Source: a virus (taxonomy: Duplodnaviria; Caudoviricetes). From it: DNA of 61,577 nucleotides. The stretch is from IMG/VR virus record IMGVR_UViG_3300043256_000467, positions 1-61,577 of that record, one strand, 5' to 3'. The stretch's first letter is position 1. Every line of letters begins with the position of its first letter. The notes beneath the pieces are model-generated. The model worked only from the letters and a program-made list of their open reading frames with translations, was not told where the DNA came from and did not search any database. The translations under genes and the position numbers were made by a program. Of the stretch, positions 29,443-38,569 are shown in pieces.

Positions 29443-29974
29443 ACGCCACTACCTGCGTCAGCAACGACCAACCGTACCGCTCTATCCCCTTCAGGAGCCC
29501 CTGCTCAATGACTGGGTCGACGGCCCTCTTGACCCCGAGGGCGATGCACTCGGCTGGCGGAGGGGCTGGGGAGTTGCCCGCATCATAGTCGTGGAACCAG
29601 AAGAATCCCTCTAGCCGTACCTTGGGCAGCCAGGCAGCTATCTCTTGAACCGTATCTTCGTACTCGTGCGAGGTGTCGAGCAGCACGAGAGGCAAGCTAG
29701 CATCTTCGAACCGCTCTGGGGCTTCAAGGGAGAGCATCTCCAGTCCCTCCCACCGGTCGAGGAACCCTGCTTGCTCCAAGGCAGCGCGGGTATGGGCTAG
29801 CATGTCTGGGTTCCTGTCAACCGACACTACCTTGACTGTCGGATTCGAGGATAGCACAGCCAAGGCGGTTCCCCCGTAACCCGCACCAAGGTCTACAACG
29901 GTAGAACCTTCCGGTAGGTCGGTAGCGACCCTACGGATCAGGTCGGCGTCCTCGTCAGTTATCAGTCCTGGCAT
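29435..29974 (-). CDS. Class I SAM methyltransferase (Methyltransf_24 type)
   Basis: VDLGAGYG, LDTSHEYE, FHDY. Confidence 0.88.
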   Translation of the reverse strand: MPGLITDEDADLIRRVATDLPEGSTVVDLGAGYGGTALAVLSSNPTVKVVSVDRNPDMLAHTRAALEQAGFLDRWEGLEMLSLEAPERFEDASLPLVLLDTSHEYEDTVQEIAAWLPKVRLEGFFWFHDYDAGNSPAPPPAECIALGVKRAVDPVIEQGLLKGIERYGWSLLTQVVAYE

Positions 29975-30465
29975 GACTGTTTCCTAGCTGTAGCGAAGAC
30001 CCCAACAGGGGTGGTCGCCGATTTACCTCCCTGACCTTCGACTTCGATGTCCTTGAAGCCCGCCCGCTGGAGCACATAGTAGAACCCTTCAGGAGTCACC
30101 CTCCAGTAGTCATGAGGATGCTCGTGGATCGCGAACATAAAGACCCACGTCCCGATAAACAGGCCACCTGGTTTGAGCGCATCGTACATCATCTCGAGCG
30201 CTCGCCAGGGCTCTTCTATATGTTCCAGCGTCTCCGTCGTTACGACGGTATTGAACTCGCCCCGCAACTCCTCATTGACTCCCAGAATATCCGCCACCAG
30301 ATCGACCCCATCACCCTCCCTCATATCGAGACCAACGTAGCCCTCTTGGGGGAACAGGTCTCGGATAGAGCCGTTGACGTTCAAGGCCCCAACCTCCAGC
30401 ACGGGCGCCTCTGGTTGGTGGTTCTCCACCATCCGCCCTACCCAATCCATTACTTCCGGGCGCAT
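29962..30465 (-). CDS. Class I SAM methyltransferase (Methyltransf_11 type, glycan-cluster associated)
   Basis: VLEVGALNVNG, YVGLD, ETLEHIEEPW, LKPGG, HEHPHDYWR. Confidence 0.88.
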   Translation of the reverse strand: MRPEVMDWVGRMVENHQPEAPVLEVGALNVNGSIRDLFPQEGYVGLDMREGDGVDLVADILGVNEELRGEFNTVVTTETLEHIEEPWRALEMMYDALKPGGLFIGTWVFMFAIHEHPHDYWRVTPEGFYYVLQRAGFKDIEVEGQGGKSATTPVGVFATARKQSCQD

Positions 30466-30478
30466 GAGGCCTGCCTCC

Positions 30479-31480
30479 CTATACCCCCTCCGCATCTTTG
30501 AGCATAGCAGCCATCTCCTGCATCGTGATCCAGTGAGCTGGATTGTGACTGCGGTACGTCCAGCCCTCTTTCCCCTCCGGTAGCAACGAGGCTCCGGCAG
30601 ATCCGCCTACTCCCTTACCCGTTGGGTGCCGAGCAACGAAGTAGTCCCCTTTATCAATTGTCTGCGGAGATTCTTGGAAGTTAACCAGCTCCTCGTGCAA
30701 CTTTTCCCCCGGCCTGATTCCGATGATGTCGATTGGAGCCTCTCCAGCGATAAGTCGGGCGAGGTCCATGATCTTCATGGCCCCACACTTTGGAACGAAC
30801 GATGCCCCAGGGTACTGCTTAGCATTCGCTACAGCGAGGAGGATCGCGTCGACTGCCTCGTCGGGGGAGAGCCAGAACCGCGTCATGCGCTCGTCTGTCA
30901 CAGACAATCGCTGCTTCGTCTTCAGTTGCTGGCGAAAGACCGGCACGATGGAGCCAGTGCTTCCGACAACGTTGCCATACCGCACAGTGACGCAGTTTAT
31001 CCTCTCCGACCAGCGGCAAGCCTCTGCATACAGGCGCTCCATGAGGGCCTTCGTCATGCCGTAGACATTCGCCGGCAGCACCGCCTTGTCTGTCGATATG
31101 CCAACGACCGTAGGGACGTGGCACCAGGCAGCAGCCCGAACGACGTTCCTAGAGCCGTCAAGATTGATATGGACAGCCTCCCAGACATTGCGCTCAGCCT
31201 CAGGGATAAACTTGACGGCACCTAGATGGATGACTAGATCGTGCCCTGGCATGAGTGTCGTTAAGGTGTGGTGATCTCTGACGCTCCCAAGATAGCACGT
31301 GACTGATTTGCCGTACTTCTCCCTTAGCTGCCACTGCTTCTCTTCATCGCGCGAGAACACGGTGAAAGTGCAAGGCCAGTCCTCGCGCTGGGCTCGTCTG
31401 ATGATTGCTCTTCCAAGGAATCCCGCTCCGCCCGTGAGGAAGACTTTACCTGATAGCTGCTGCCGCGCCCCATCCTCCAC
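30479..31480 (-). CDS. UDP-GlcNAc 4,6-dehydratase, PseB/FlaA1/CapD-like (Polysacc_synt_2)
   Basis: TGGAGFLG, SRDEEKQ, STDKA, YGMTK, RYGNVVGSTGS, MTRFW, GIRPGEKLHEEL; GTG start with AGGAG RBS. Confidence 0.93.
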   Translation of the reverse strand: MEDGARQQLSGKVFLTGGAGFLGRAIIRRAQREDWPCTFTVFSRDEEKQWQLREKYGKSVTCYLGSVRDHHTLTTLMPGHDLVIHLGAVKFIPEAERNVWEAVHINLDGSRNVVRAAAWCHVPTVVGISTDKAVLPANVYGMTKALMERLYAEACRWSERINCVTVRYGNVVGSTGSIVPVFRQQLKTKQRLSVTDERMTRFWLSPDEAVDAILLAVANAKQYPGASFVPKCGAMKIMDLARLIAGEAPIDIIGIRPGEKLHEELVNFQESPQTIDKGDYFVARHPTGKGVGGSAGASLLPEGKEGWTYRSHNPAHWITMQEMAAMLKDAEGV

Positions 31481-31503
31481 AATATACTCCTGACTGTATC
31501 TGA

Positions 31504-31536
31504 TGGCGGTGGCCCAGCTCAACCGGACCACCGCCA
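31504..31536 (-). promoter_or_regulatory. GC-rich hairpin between the capsid gene and the glycan cluster
   Basis: TGGCGGTGG/CCACCGCCA stem, extended by G-U pairs on the minus transcript; no U-tract. Confidence 0.55.
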
Positions 31537-31572
31537 CCATGCATGCTTGCCTACCTACCTAACCTCCAACAC

Positions 31573-33021
31573 CTAGGCGGAAGCCCATGCGGTGTAGTAG
31601 CTAGGGCCTGGGCGACTCGTGCGACCACCATCCTCGAAGTACGGGTCGTCCGGGAACATATCCCTAACGTGCTGGGCCGGGCAATAGTTCACGTCTTCGA
31701 GACGAGCTGCCAACCACGGGGTCCGCAATACCAGCCGAGGTTCGATCTTCGACTCCCATTGGAAGCACTCACGCGTCTGCACTGGCCAGGTGATGAACGC
31801 GCCCTCGACCCTTCCAAGTACCATGTTCCCAAGCGCATCCGTGATAGCTGGGTTACTGTACTGGAAGTACTCAAGGAACGTCACCGAACGACCACCGACA
31901 ACGCTCATCGGGATAAGGAAGATGTCGGTGCCGAAGCACCCCGCAGGCACATTCGCGTTCTCTGCATCGGTATCTTCGGAGATGCCATCGTCGACGATGA
32001 CTGGGATCCGCTCGCCGTCGATGAGGAGGTACCTGCCGGTCCTCATCGCGTCCCGGAACTCGGTCTGAGCAGTCCCCTCGATGGTCACACGCTCGTTGCC
32101 CTGCGTCTGGCACCTGTACGTCAGGTACGAACAGGGCCATACAGCCGTCAACTCGTAGAAGAGCTGCGGGCGCATGGCGAAGACCCAGCGTACGGGCATC
32201 ACGCCCGTCCTGGTCGCCCTGTCCTTGACCTGATAGTACATATCAGTCAGGGCAGCGACGATATTGGCAGCGCCTGGGGCAACGTCGATGCGCACGTTAC
32301 CAAAACTCCGGACGTAGGAGTCGATGGCAGGGCACGACTGATTGTTCTGAGCATCGACGTGTCCAGTCGTGACTAGCGTCTCGAAACCAGCAAACTCTCG
32401 ATAGCCCCCACCGACGTTGTTGTTGTTGGGGGTGCCGACCCAGAGCTGCCGCGAGAGCAGCCGCCAGATGGCCACGTTGCGCTCCCAAAAACGCTTCGAG
32501 ATCTCATTCGTCAGGAGGTCCGCGGGCATCGGATCGACCCCCCCAGGACCAGAGAAGATGCCGGCGTCCTCCAGCGGAGACCCGACGAGCGTGAGGTCCA
32601 TCGGGTCAGCGCGGTCTACACGCTGTCCGATGCGGTCCAGGTCGATCTCTTGCGTCTGTCGCTTATACCGACCGAAAGGCGCGGTCAAGAGGCACGACTT
32701 CAGGAGACCGGCGATGGGGCCGGCGTCGCACACCTCATCCGGCTCCGTCCCGGACTCGTCGGTGACGCCAGTCAGTGTTTGGTAGGTTGGATTCGTATAC
32801 AGACTCGGGGTGGCCGGGAGCTGCCCCAGGATGGTTTGAGCCCCCATGATGGTATGGAACGCTACGGGGTCGACGCCTGGAAAGGACAGGATACCGCCTG
32901 GGCCGTGCGCGTAGCCAATAGTAGCGCCAGCGTTACCCGGCGCATCGTGCTTATACCCAGGGCGGAGGCGCGTCTCAAGCTCCTTAACCAAAGCGTCAAG
33001 AACAGATGGTTGTGTCGTCAC
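31573..33021 (-). CDS. Major capsid protein
   Basis: ~482 aa directly after the scaffold/protease gene; strong AAAGGAG RBS; LWVG...EFAGFETL and IPVIVDDGI fit the HK97 fold. Confidence 0.75.
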   Translation of the reverse strand: MTTQPSVLDALVKELETRLRPGYKHDAPGNAGATIGYAHGPGGILSFPGVDPVAFHTIMGAQTILGQLPATPSLYTNPTYQTLTGVTDESGTEPDEVCDAGPIAGLLKSCLLTAPFGRYKRQTQEIDLDRIGQRVDRADPMDLTLVGSPLEDAGIFSGPGGVDPMPADLLTNEISKRFWERNVAIWRLLSRQLWVGTPNNNNVGGGYREFAGFETLVTTGHVDAQNNQSCPAIDSYVRSFGNVRIDVAPGAANIVAALTDMYYQVKDRATRTGVMPVRWVFAMRPQLFYELTAVWPCSYLTYRCQTQGNERVTIEGTAQTEFRDAMRTGRYLLIDGERIPVIVDDGISEDTDAENANVPAGCFGTDIFLIPMSVVGGRSVTFLEYFQYSNPAITDALGNMVLGRVEGAFITWPVQTRECFQWESKIEPRLVLRTPWLAARLEDVNYCPAQHVRDMFPDDPYFEDGGRTSRPGPSYYTAWASA

Positions 33022-33088
33022 GTGGCACAACTCCTTTCTTACGCTGCGAACGGGAGCTCATTGTATACACCGACTAGCACCCTAGGTT

Positions 33089-35161
33089 CTAGGTGCGGCC
33101 TCTCAGCACCCTCGCCATATCTTCGACGTAGGGTGTCGCTGGGTTGACAGGGAGCTCGTCGCCCCCTTCAGTCGCCTTGTTGAGAGCGGCCTTGATATCC
33201 TCGGCAGCCTTGCCATCGAGAGCGGTGTCGTCTGACTGCGAAGGGCGGTTGGCTGGGCCCTTGGGGGCCATCGCCGCAGCCACCTTCTCGTCAAACGACT
33301 TCTCGACCTCCACAAGGCGGTCTTCGATAGCCTTCAGGCGACCATCGACAGTCTCAGCAAGGACTGCGCGGACGCCGGCGACGACCTGCTCCTCGACGCG
33401 CTTGGCCAGACTACCTTCCTCACCGGCCGCCGACTCGTCCTCGTTGTCGTCACCATCGTTGCCGTCGCCTGCCTTAGGCTCGTCGCCCGCAGCAGAAGTA
33501 GCGGCTCCTGACTCCGAGGAGTCCGCGTCTTCGCCCGCCGCGTCAGCGAGGCTATCATCGCTGGCTAGGCTATCGGCGAAGTCCTTGAACGCGACGCCAG
33601 ACTCCTCCAGCTCCTTCTCGAACTTGGGTAGGGCAGCTTCGATGCTGTCCGCCCGCTCCTGTCCAACAACTTTTACCAGATACTCCTTCTTGCTTGGGTC
33701 TAGCGACATGCTAACCTCCTTCACTCGGTCGATGTGCGCAGCGGAGAACTCGGTCCAGAGATTAGCTGCATGCTCCTGCGGGAGTGGGCTAATCTCGAAC
33801 GTCCTGTACCATTGATAGAAGCCATCTTGCAAGCTATCTTCGGGATAATAGAACCCATGTGATACACCCAACCCGCCCTGCATCTCAGCGAGAGCCTTTG
33901 CGGCCTCCTCGCAGCCGGGATCGAATACGCCCGACGAAAGGACGAAGCCGTCAGCGTAGGTGACGAGATCGGCTACTCCGATGCGTGAGCCCTTGACATG
34001 CCACAAGCGCAGCTCCGGGTAGTTCCCAGTCTCATCTATCCATGCTTCGTACTCCTTGTGTGCCTCCTCAGCGAAGCCCTCCCCCTCCTCGTCTTCAAAC
34101 TTGTTCGTATGGATCGCAAGCCAGCGCCAGGCACCAGCGAGATCCTTAGTGACGACGAAGGAGGATTCCCGGAAGCCAAACTGCTCCCGGTGAGGCTGGA
34201 GATGCCTGATCGCGTCGGCTGCGTTCTGCTGTCGCGCACGCTGGAAGGCTGCCCTCACACCCCCACGGACTGCGACCATCCTCCCACCTTCGACGTCGTG
34301 GTGCGGATAGCCATAGCCGCCGAAACTCTCGCGATTGGCGGGGTCGACCGTCGCGAAGAACCTCGCGTACGTTGCCCAGTTCATGTCCTCCTTCTTGCCC
34401 GTATTCCCACTAGATGAGAACCTCCGCGCACGCCTGATGGCCGCAGCTCCGTCCCAAGTAGCTTGCTGGCTGATGGCGCCTTTGTGTGAAGGCACAGCAG
34501 CTTTCGCCTCAGACTCTAGCTCGGGGAAGTCATCGTCGTCCTTTTGGGTAAAGAACCCCTTCACCTTGTCAATGAGGCTGCGCCGGCCCTCTGGCGGGTT
34601 GGTGATGCGAGAAGCGAGGTCAACGAGAGCCTGGCCGACCTTCTGACGCTTATCCAAAATAGACAGCTCCAGATCAGCCCAGACATTGTCCCAGATGCTG
34701 TCGAAGATGCGCTTCTGGTCCTGGACATTGGCGTCGAGGTCAAGCGACTCTCTCCATGTATCAACGTCGCTGAACGACTGTGCACCACCATACGGCCTGA
34801 CGGCCTCGATGACGGCACATGGCATCTCGTCGTGCATCTTCTCGCCTTCGGGCCAGCCAAGGGTCAGCACAGAGTTGCACTTCTCGCACTTCACTTCCTC
34901 TGTCTTGGCCTCGACCTCTAGCCACTCTTTGCACGTGCACTGGACTGGAACGAGCATCTCAAGCTCCTTTACTGCTCCGTTAGCGAACTTGAAGGCCATT
35001 GACTCGCACTTACTGACTGAGCCGCGCCCGCCCCCGCGCGATGGAGAACGACAGTTGGAGAAAACGCTGTTGAAGATGTGGACCCAGCGCTTCCGCTTCC
35101 CCACAGGGAGCTTCTTAACGTTGGGTGGGAGCTTCGGATCAGCAGCGCCTGAATAGGGCAC
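33089..35161 (-). CDS. ChaB-like + Zn ribbon + prohead protease-like + acidic scaffold fusion
   Basis: N-terminal PY...LPPNVKKLP...WVHIFNS...AFKFANGAVK (ChaB-like); ELRLWH, GVSHGF, FEISPL (protease-like); acidic coiled-coil tail; precedes MCP. Confidence 0.7.
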   Translation of the reverse strand: MPYSGAADPKLPPNVKKLPVGKRKRWVHIFNSVFSNCRSPSRGGGRGSVSKCESMAFKFANGAVKELEMLVPVQCTCKEWLEVEAKTEEVKCEKCNSVLTLGWPEGEKMHDEMPCAVIEAVRPYGGAQSFSDVDTWRESLDLDANVQDQKRIFDSIWDNVWADLELSILDKRQKVGQALVDLASRITNPPEGRRSLIDKVKGFFTQKDDDDFPELESEAKAAVPSHKGAISQQATWDGAAAIRRARRFSSSGNTGKKEDMNWATYARFFATVDPANRESFGGYGYPHHDVEGGRMVAVRGGVRAAFQRARQQNAADAIRHLQPHREQFGFRESSFVVTKDLAGAWRWLAIHTNKFEDEEGEGFAEEAHKEYEAWIDETGNYPELRLWHVKGSRIGVADLVTYADGFVLSSGVFDPGCEEAAKALAEMQGGLGVSHGFYYPEDSLQDGFYQWYRTFEISPLPQEHAANLWTEFSAAHIDRVKEVSMSLDPSKKEYLVKVVGQERADSIEAALPKFEKELEESGVAFKDFADSLASDDSLADAAGEDADSSESGAATSAAGDEPKAGDGNDGDDNEDESAAGEEGSLAKRVEEQVVAGVRAVLAETVDGRLKAIEDRLVEVEKSFDEKVAAAMAPKGPANRPSQSDDTALDGKAAEDIKAALNKATEGGDELPVNPATPYVEDMARVLRGRT

Positions 35162-35227
35162 ACTCGCGTCTCCTACACTTTAGGTATTGCATACTTCACA
35201 GTTTCTTGTCAAGCACACGCGCATCAC

Positions 35228-35602
35228 TCACGCACCTTTGAGCGCGGCCTGGAGACGGGGCTTATGTTCCTTCACGATGGCCTTCCCAACATCTGTCGTC
35301 TTGGGCCAGTTATATCCAGCAAAGACCTTCGTCTGCCTCTTGCCTTGGACAGGCGGCCCGTACTTCGTCTTGTTCCCGATGCGTCCCACGAAGTCTTTCC
35401 CGCGTAAGGACGGACCTTCAACCGTCCATCTACGTCCGAGTGTGCCTGTGCGTCGGTAGCTAGTCTGGGAGGGGGGATATGTCGAGAGTTGGCGCTGCCC
35501 AGCTCTAAGCATGTTACTCATCGCCTGCCTAATGCGAGCTAGGTTAGCGAGCGCTGCAAACGGGTCCTTCTTCGGGGTAATGGCGCGGAAGCCTCGGGCC
35601 AT
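35228..35602 (-). CDS. HK97 gp10-like virion morphogenesis protein
   Basis: YRRTGTLGRRW and GNKTKYGPPVQG motifs; basic 124 aa. Confidence 0.65.
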   Translation of the reverse strand: MARGFRAITPKKDPFAALANLARIRQAMSNMLRAGQRQLSTYPPSQTSYRRTGTLGRRWTVEGPSLRGKDFVGRIGNKTKYGPPVQGKRQTKVFAGYNWPKTTDVGKAIVKEHKPRLQAALKGA

Positions 35603-35605
35603 CAG

Positions 35606-35710
35606 CTATTTCCCCTTGCGTATATCACTTAACCTCTTCCCTATCCTAACTGCAATCTGGAGCAGGCTCTCTTGAAAATCCCGGGGTATTTCTTCAGGTT
35701 TAGCGGGCAT
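35606..35710 (-). CDS. 34-aa peptide directly downstream of the ART domain (immunity candidate)
   Basis: MPAKPEEIPRDFQESLLQIAVRIGKRLSDIRKGK; GAGGAG RBS; fills the gap between neighbours; below the ORF-track size cutoff. Confidence 0.55.
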   Translation of the reverse strand: MPAKPEEIPRDFQESLLQIAVRIGKRLSDIRKGK

Positions 35711-35712
35711 AC

Positions 35713-38559
35713 TCAAGCTCCTCGCAAAACCACATGCACAACACCTTCTTCGATCCTCGACGAGATAACTCTATACTTTCCACTAATGAGAACCTCAGAC
35801 AACGACCAGGTTTCTGGCGAGAGTGCAGAGATAGGAAGGCCTGATACATTCTGGAACTCAAACAGGACTGGCACTCCTTTACCTTCGAGGAGCTCAATAG
35901 CTTTGGCTCGACTAGAAGAAGTTGAGGCAATCGGCAAATCTACAGCGCTTCCCTTAGCATACCGAGCTACAAGCTCCTCAGGAGTCCCCTGCAATGGAGC
36001 TCCGCGATAGAGTACCCTATCCACTCTGCTTGCCCGTATTGCTGTTAGAAGCTCTCGCGCTTCAGCAGAAGAGCTAGTACCACCCCCTACTATAGCCTCA
36101 ATCTCTCGGTTGAGGGCATTGTATATAGGACGATCCGTTCCGGTGCGCTCAAGAATAGCCCGATGTAGGATACCAAACTGCGGATCGCTTCCATACTTGG
36201 CTTGCATATCCGCGGTGATCTTTTTTGCCTGACCAAATGAATCGACGGAAGGAAACTGCTCCAGTTCAGAGACATATTCTGGCCCTGGGGCGGACACATC
36301 AGCTCTCAACGGCTTCTCATCGACAACTGGTGCTAGCCAACACCGACACCTTGGATGGATAGGTGGAGTGTTCTCTACCTGGTCAACAGGCCAGCGCTCC
36401 CCTTGCAGCACCTCGCAGTCTGGGTCGACGGCGGCATCCTTAACTGTCTGAAACTCTACTATCTCGATGCCAGCCGACTTGTAGGCAGCCTTGTTCCCCT
36501 CAGCATAGAGCCTCGTCACCTCAGTTGAGGAGATGACTTCAGCCCTGACTGGGCCGAACAGCGGCTCTAGCTTCTTGGTGAGAGCGGGCAGCGGGTCGCC
36601 AGCTTGAATATGAGCCTGTATCGCTGTCTGCATCGAGTTGCGCGTGCGGCGCTGCAAACCGTTCCACCACTCGTTCATAAAGCGAGCGGAGAGGTCGAGC
36701 ACCTGTTGGTTGACTAGCTCAAAGTCGATGGCGAGACCGAGCTTAGCTGCCTGATCTACGCCTTGGAGGAGCAGCTCCTGCAGTTGGTTGCCGATGGCCT
36801 TCGCCATCTCCTCCCGCTGCGTGACCCAAAACTGCTCGTCGTTTGGGATGTCTTGGAGGGCTTTGAAGGTTAGCTCTTTCCGTGACTCCTGGCGGAGCCT
36901 ACGGTTGACGTTGCGCTGGATGGCCTGGAGCCCCTTGAGGACTGATCTCCTAAAGCGCCCCTCCGCCCTGAGGCGCTCACGGTCAAAAGGGCCGGCCCGA
37001 GCGGCCTTGTCCTCCTCTAACTCTGGGATAGGGACTGCGGCATCTAGTTGAGGAAAGCCACAAGAAGCACATCGTCTAGCAACGACCCGCCCGCGCTGCC
37101 GATAAGCTTCGCCCTCCGTAATGCCCCCGCAAGATGGGCACGAGAACTCTCGTGTACCCGCCTCTTCCGCCGGCGCTGGGGGACTACCCTGCCCCCTGGG
37201 CTGAGTCGCCTCGATGCGAGCCTCATCCTCAGCGGTGACCTTAGGTGTCAGGTCCTCCTCAAGGAACTCCTGGGGGATGTCGCCCTCGTCGGCAGCCATC
37301 TGGCGGGCTTCCTCAGCCGAGATCTCGCCAGTGTCTACCTGTACCTGCCGTGTCTTGGCTCGCCGCTCCTTGATTTCAGCTTCGATCTGCTCAGCCTCGA
37401 TATCTTGCTCCTCGAACCGGAAGGTGACGAGGCTCGGGAGGACTCGGAAGTTCATCGCCTTAGAAATGATGCCTCTGAAAAGCGCTGGCCCCTTGCCCCT
37501 CGTCTTCATGTGGAGTACCTGACTCTGAGCCGAAGTGCCAAGGTTGCCTCCAGGTAAGGGAGCGAAGTCCTGGTAGTCGCCGTTGAAGGCCATAGCAATC
37601 TGGTTGATATAGTGCTTGAACGACGTCTCCTCGTCGAAGTTATCTGGTAGGGACGCCAGTTCAAGCGTCTTCAGGTCGAGCCTGATGTTCGGGTCGGCGG
37701 AGGCGATGATAAGGGGGTTCTGATATCGCTGCAGCCCAGCCGCGTCCGCCCATATCCTATGCTGGGCGAGCGCGTCGTTGATCTGCTTGGTCGACATACC
37801 GGCCACGAGGTGGATGGCTCGGTTATGCCTCCCCCCAGTTTTTTCATACTTATAGACGGCAATGTTCTTGAGGAGCTGCGCCGCCAGGAGCATCCTCGTC
37901 AGGGCACAGTACTGGAGGCCATACAGCCCTTCGATGGGCGTCGGCATCTCAGCGAGCGTAATGACTTGGTGTCCCTTCAGAAGATGGTACTTGCCTTTGC
38001 GGTCTTGGTAGATGACCGGCGCCTCAGGGGCTCCTGTGTGGTAGCAGCGCATCGCATCGAGGTGGTTGAGGCCGATCACAGGCGAGTCTGGGGCATCTGT
38101 GGCCCTGACGATCTCAATGAAGGCCCCAGCATCCTGAGTGTAAAGGTCGATACTGATCTTGATAATGAAGTCTTCCCAACCCTCGCCCAGGTTCGCGGAC
38201 TCCAGCAACTCCTGCGACCGCGCCACTGTACGAGGTGGCCCCTCAAGCTTCCAAGAGAAACCAGCGTTCCGCGAGCAGACGACCCCGAGAGCTGAGGCGA
38301 AGACAGACTCCGTCATGAGGAACTCGCGGAGCTGCCTGTCGCGCGTCTTGGTATTGACCGTCCTCCCCCACGGATCAACTTCATCTGCATACTGACCCGC
38401 AAGGAAGAGGAGGTTGGCTTGGATCGAGGGGATGACTGCTGCTGGAGCGTCGGGGACGTCTACGACCGAGCGGTCGAGGACTTGAGGACTGACCTCCTTC
38501 TCGCTGGCCCCGTTGCCACGAGCAGGGTCGCCATTGGGCAGAACGAGTTCGTCTGCCAT
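35713..38559 (-). CDS. Portal protein fused to Zn ribbon, MuF (SPP1 gp7-like) domain and C-terminal ADP-ribosyltransferase domain
   Basis: Portal-like N-terminal ~440 aa; CPSC...CASC; MuF RAEVISSTEV...PPIHPRCRCWL; ART LYRG...ASTSS...SEVLI. Confidence 0.85.
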   Translation of the reverse strand: MADELVLPNGDPARGNGASEKEVSPQVLDRSVVDVPDAPAAVIPSIQANLLFLAGQYADEVDPWGRTVNTKTRDRQLREFLMTESVFASALGVVCSRNAGFSWKLEGPPRTVARSQELLESANLGEGWEDFIIKISIDLYTQDAGAFIEIVRATDAPDSPVIGLNHLDAMRCYHTGAPEAPVIYQDRKGKYHLLKGHQVITLAEMPTPIEGLYGLQYCALTRMLLAAQLLKNIAVYKYEKTGGRHNRAIHLVAGMSTKQINDALAQHRIWADAAGLQRYQNPLIIASADPNIRLDLKTLELASLPDNFDEETSFKHYINQIAMAFNGDYQDFAPLPGGNLGTSAQSQVLHMKTRGKGPALFRGIISKAMNFRVLPSLVTFRFEEQDIEAEQIEAEIKERRAKTRQVQVDTGEISAEEARQMAADEGDIPQEFLEEDLTPKVTAEDEARIEATQPRGQGSPPAPAEEAGTREFSCPSCGGITEGEAYRQRGRVVARRCASCGFPQLDAAVPIPELEEDKAARAGPFDRERLRAEGRFRRSVLKGLQAIQRNVNRRLRQESRKELTFKALQDIPNDEQFWVTQREEMAKAIGNQLQELLLQGVDQAAKLGLAIDFELVNQQVLDLSARFMNEWWNGLQRRTRNSMQTAIQAHIQAGDPLPALTKKLEPLFGPVRAEVISSTEVTRLYAEGNKAAYKSAGIEIVEFQTVKDAAVDPDCEVLQGERWPVDQVENTPPIHPRCRCWLAPVVDEKPLRADVSAPGPEYVSELEQFPSVDSFGQAKKITADMQAKYGSDPQFGILHRAILERTGTDRPIYNALNREIEAIVGGGTSSSAEARELLTAIRASRVDRVLYRGAPLQGTPEELVARYAKGSAVDLPIASTSSSRAKAIELLEGKGVPVLFEFQNVSGLPISALSPETWSLSEVLISGKYRVISSRIEEGVVHVVLRGA

Positions 38560-38569
38560 CTCACTGTGA

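Noticed and set aside
21606-31480. Host capsule/O-antigen locus or Gtr serotype-conversion cassette
   Set aside because: Flanked on both sides by phage head genes with translational coupling, and lacks flippase, polymerase, exporter or bactoprenol-linked GT; a host-surface target is less likely but not excluded.
35180-35213. Strong promoter before the protease/scaffold gene
   Set aside because: TTGACA is present but there is no acceptable -10 at 16-18 nt spacing; may need an activator, so not listed as a feature.
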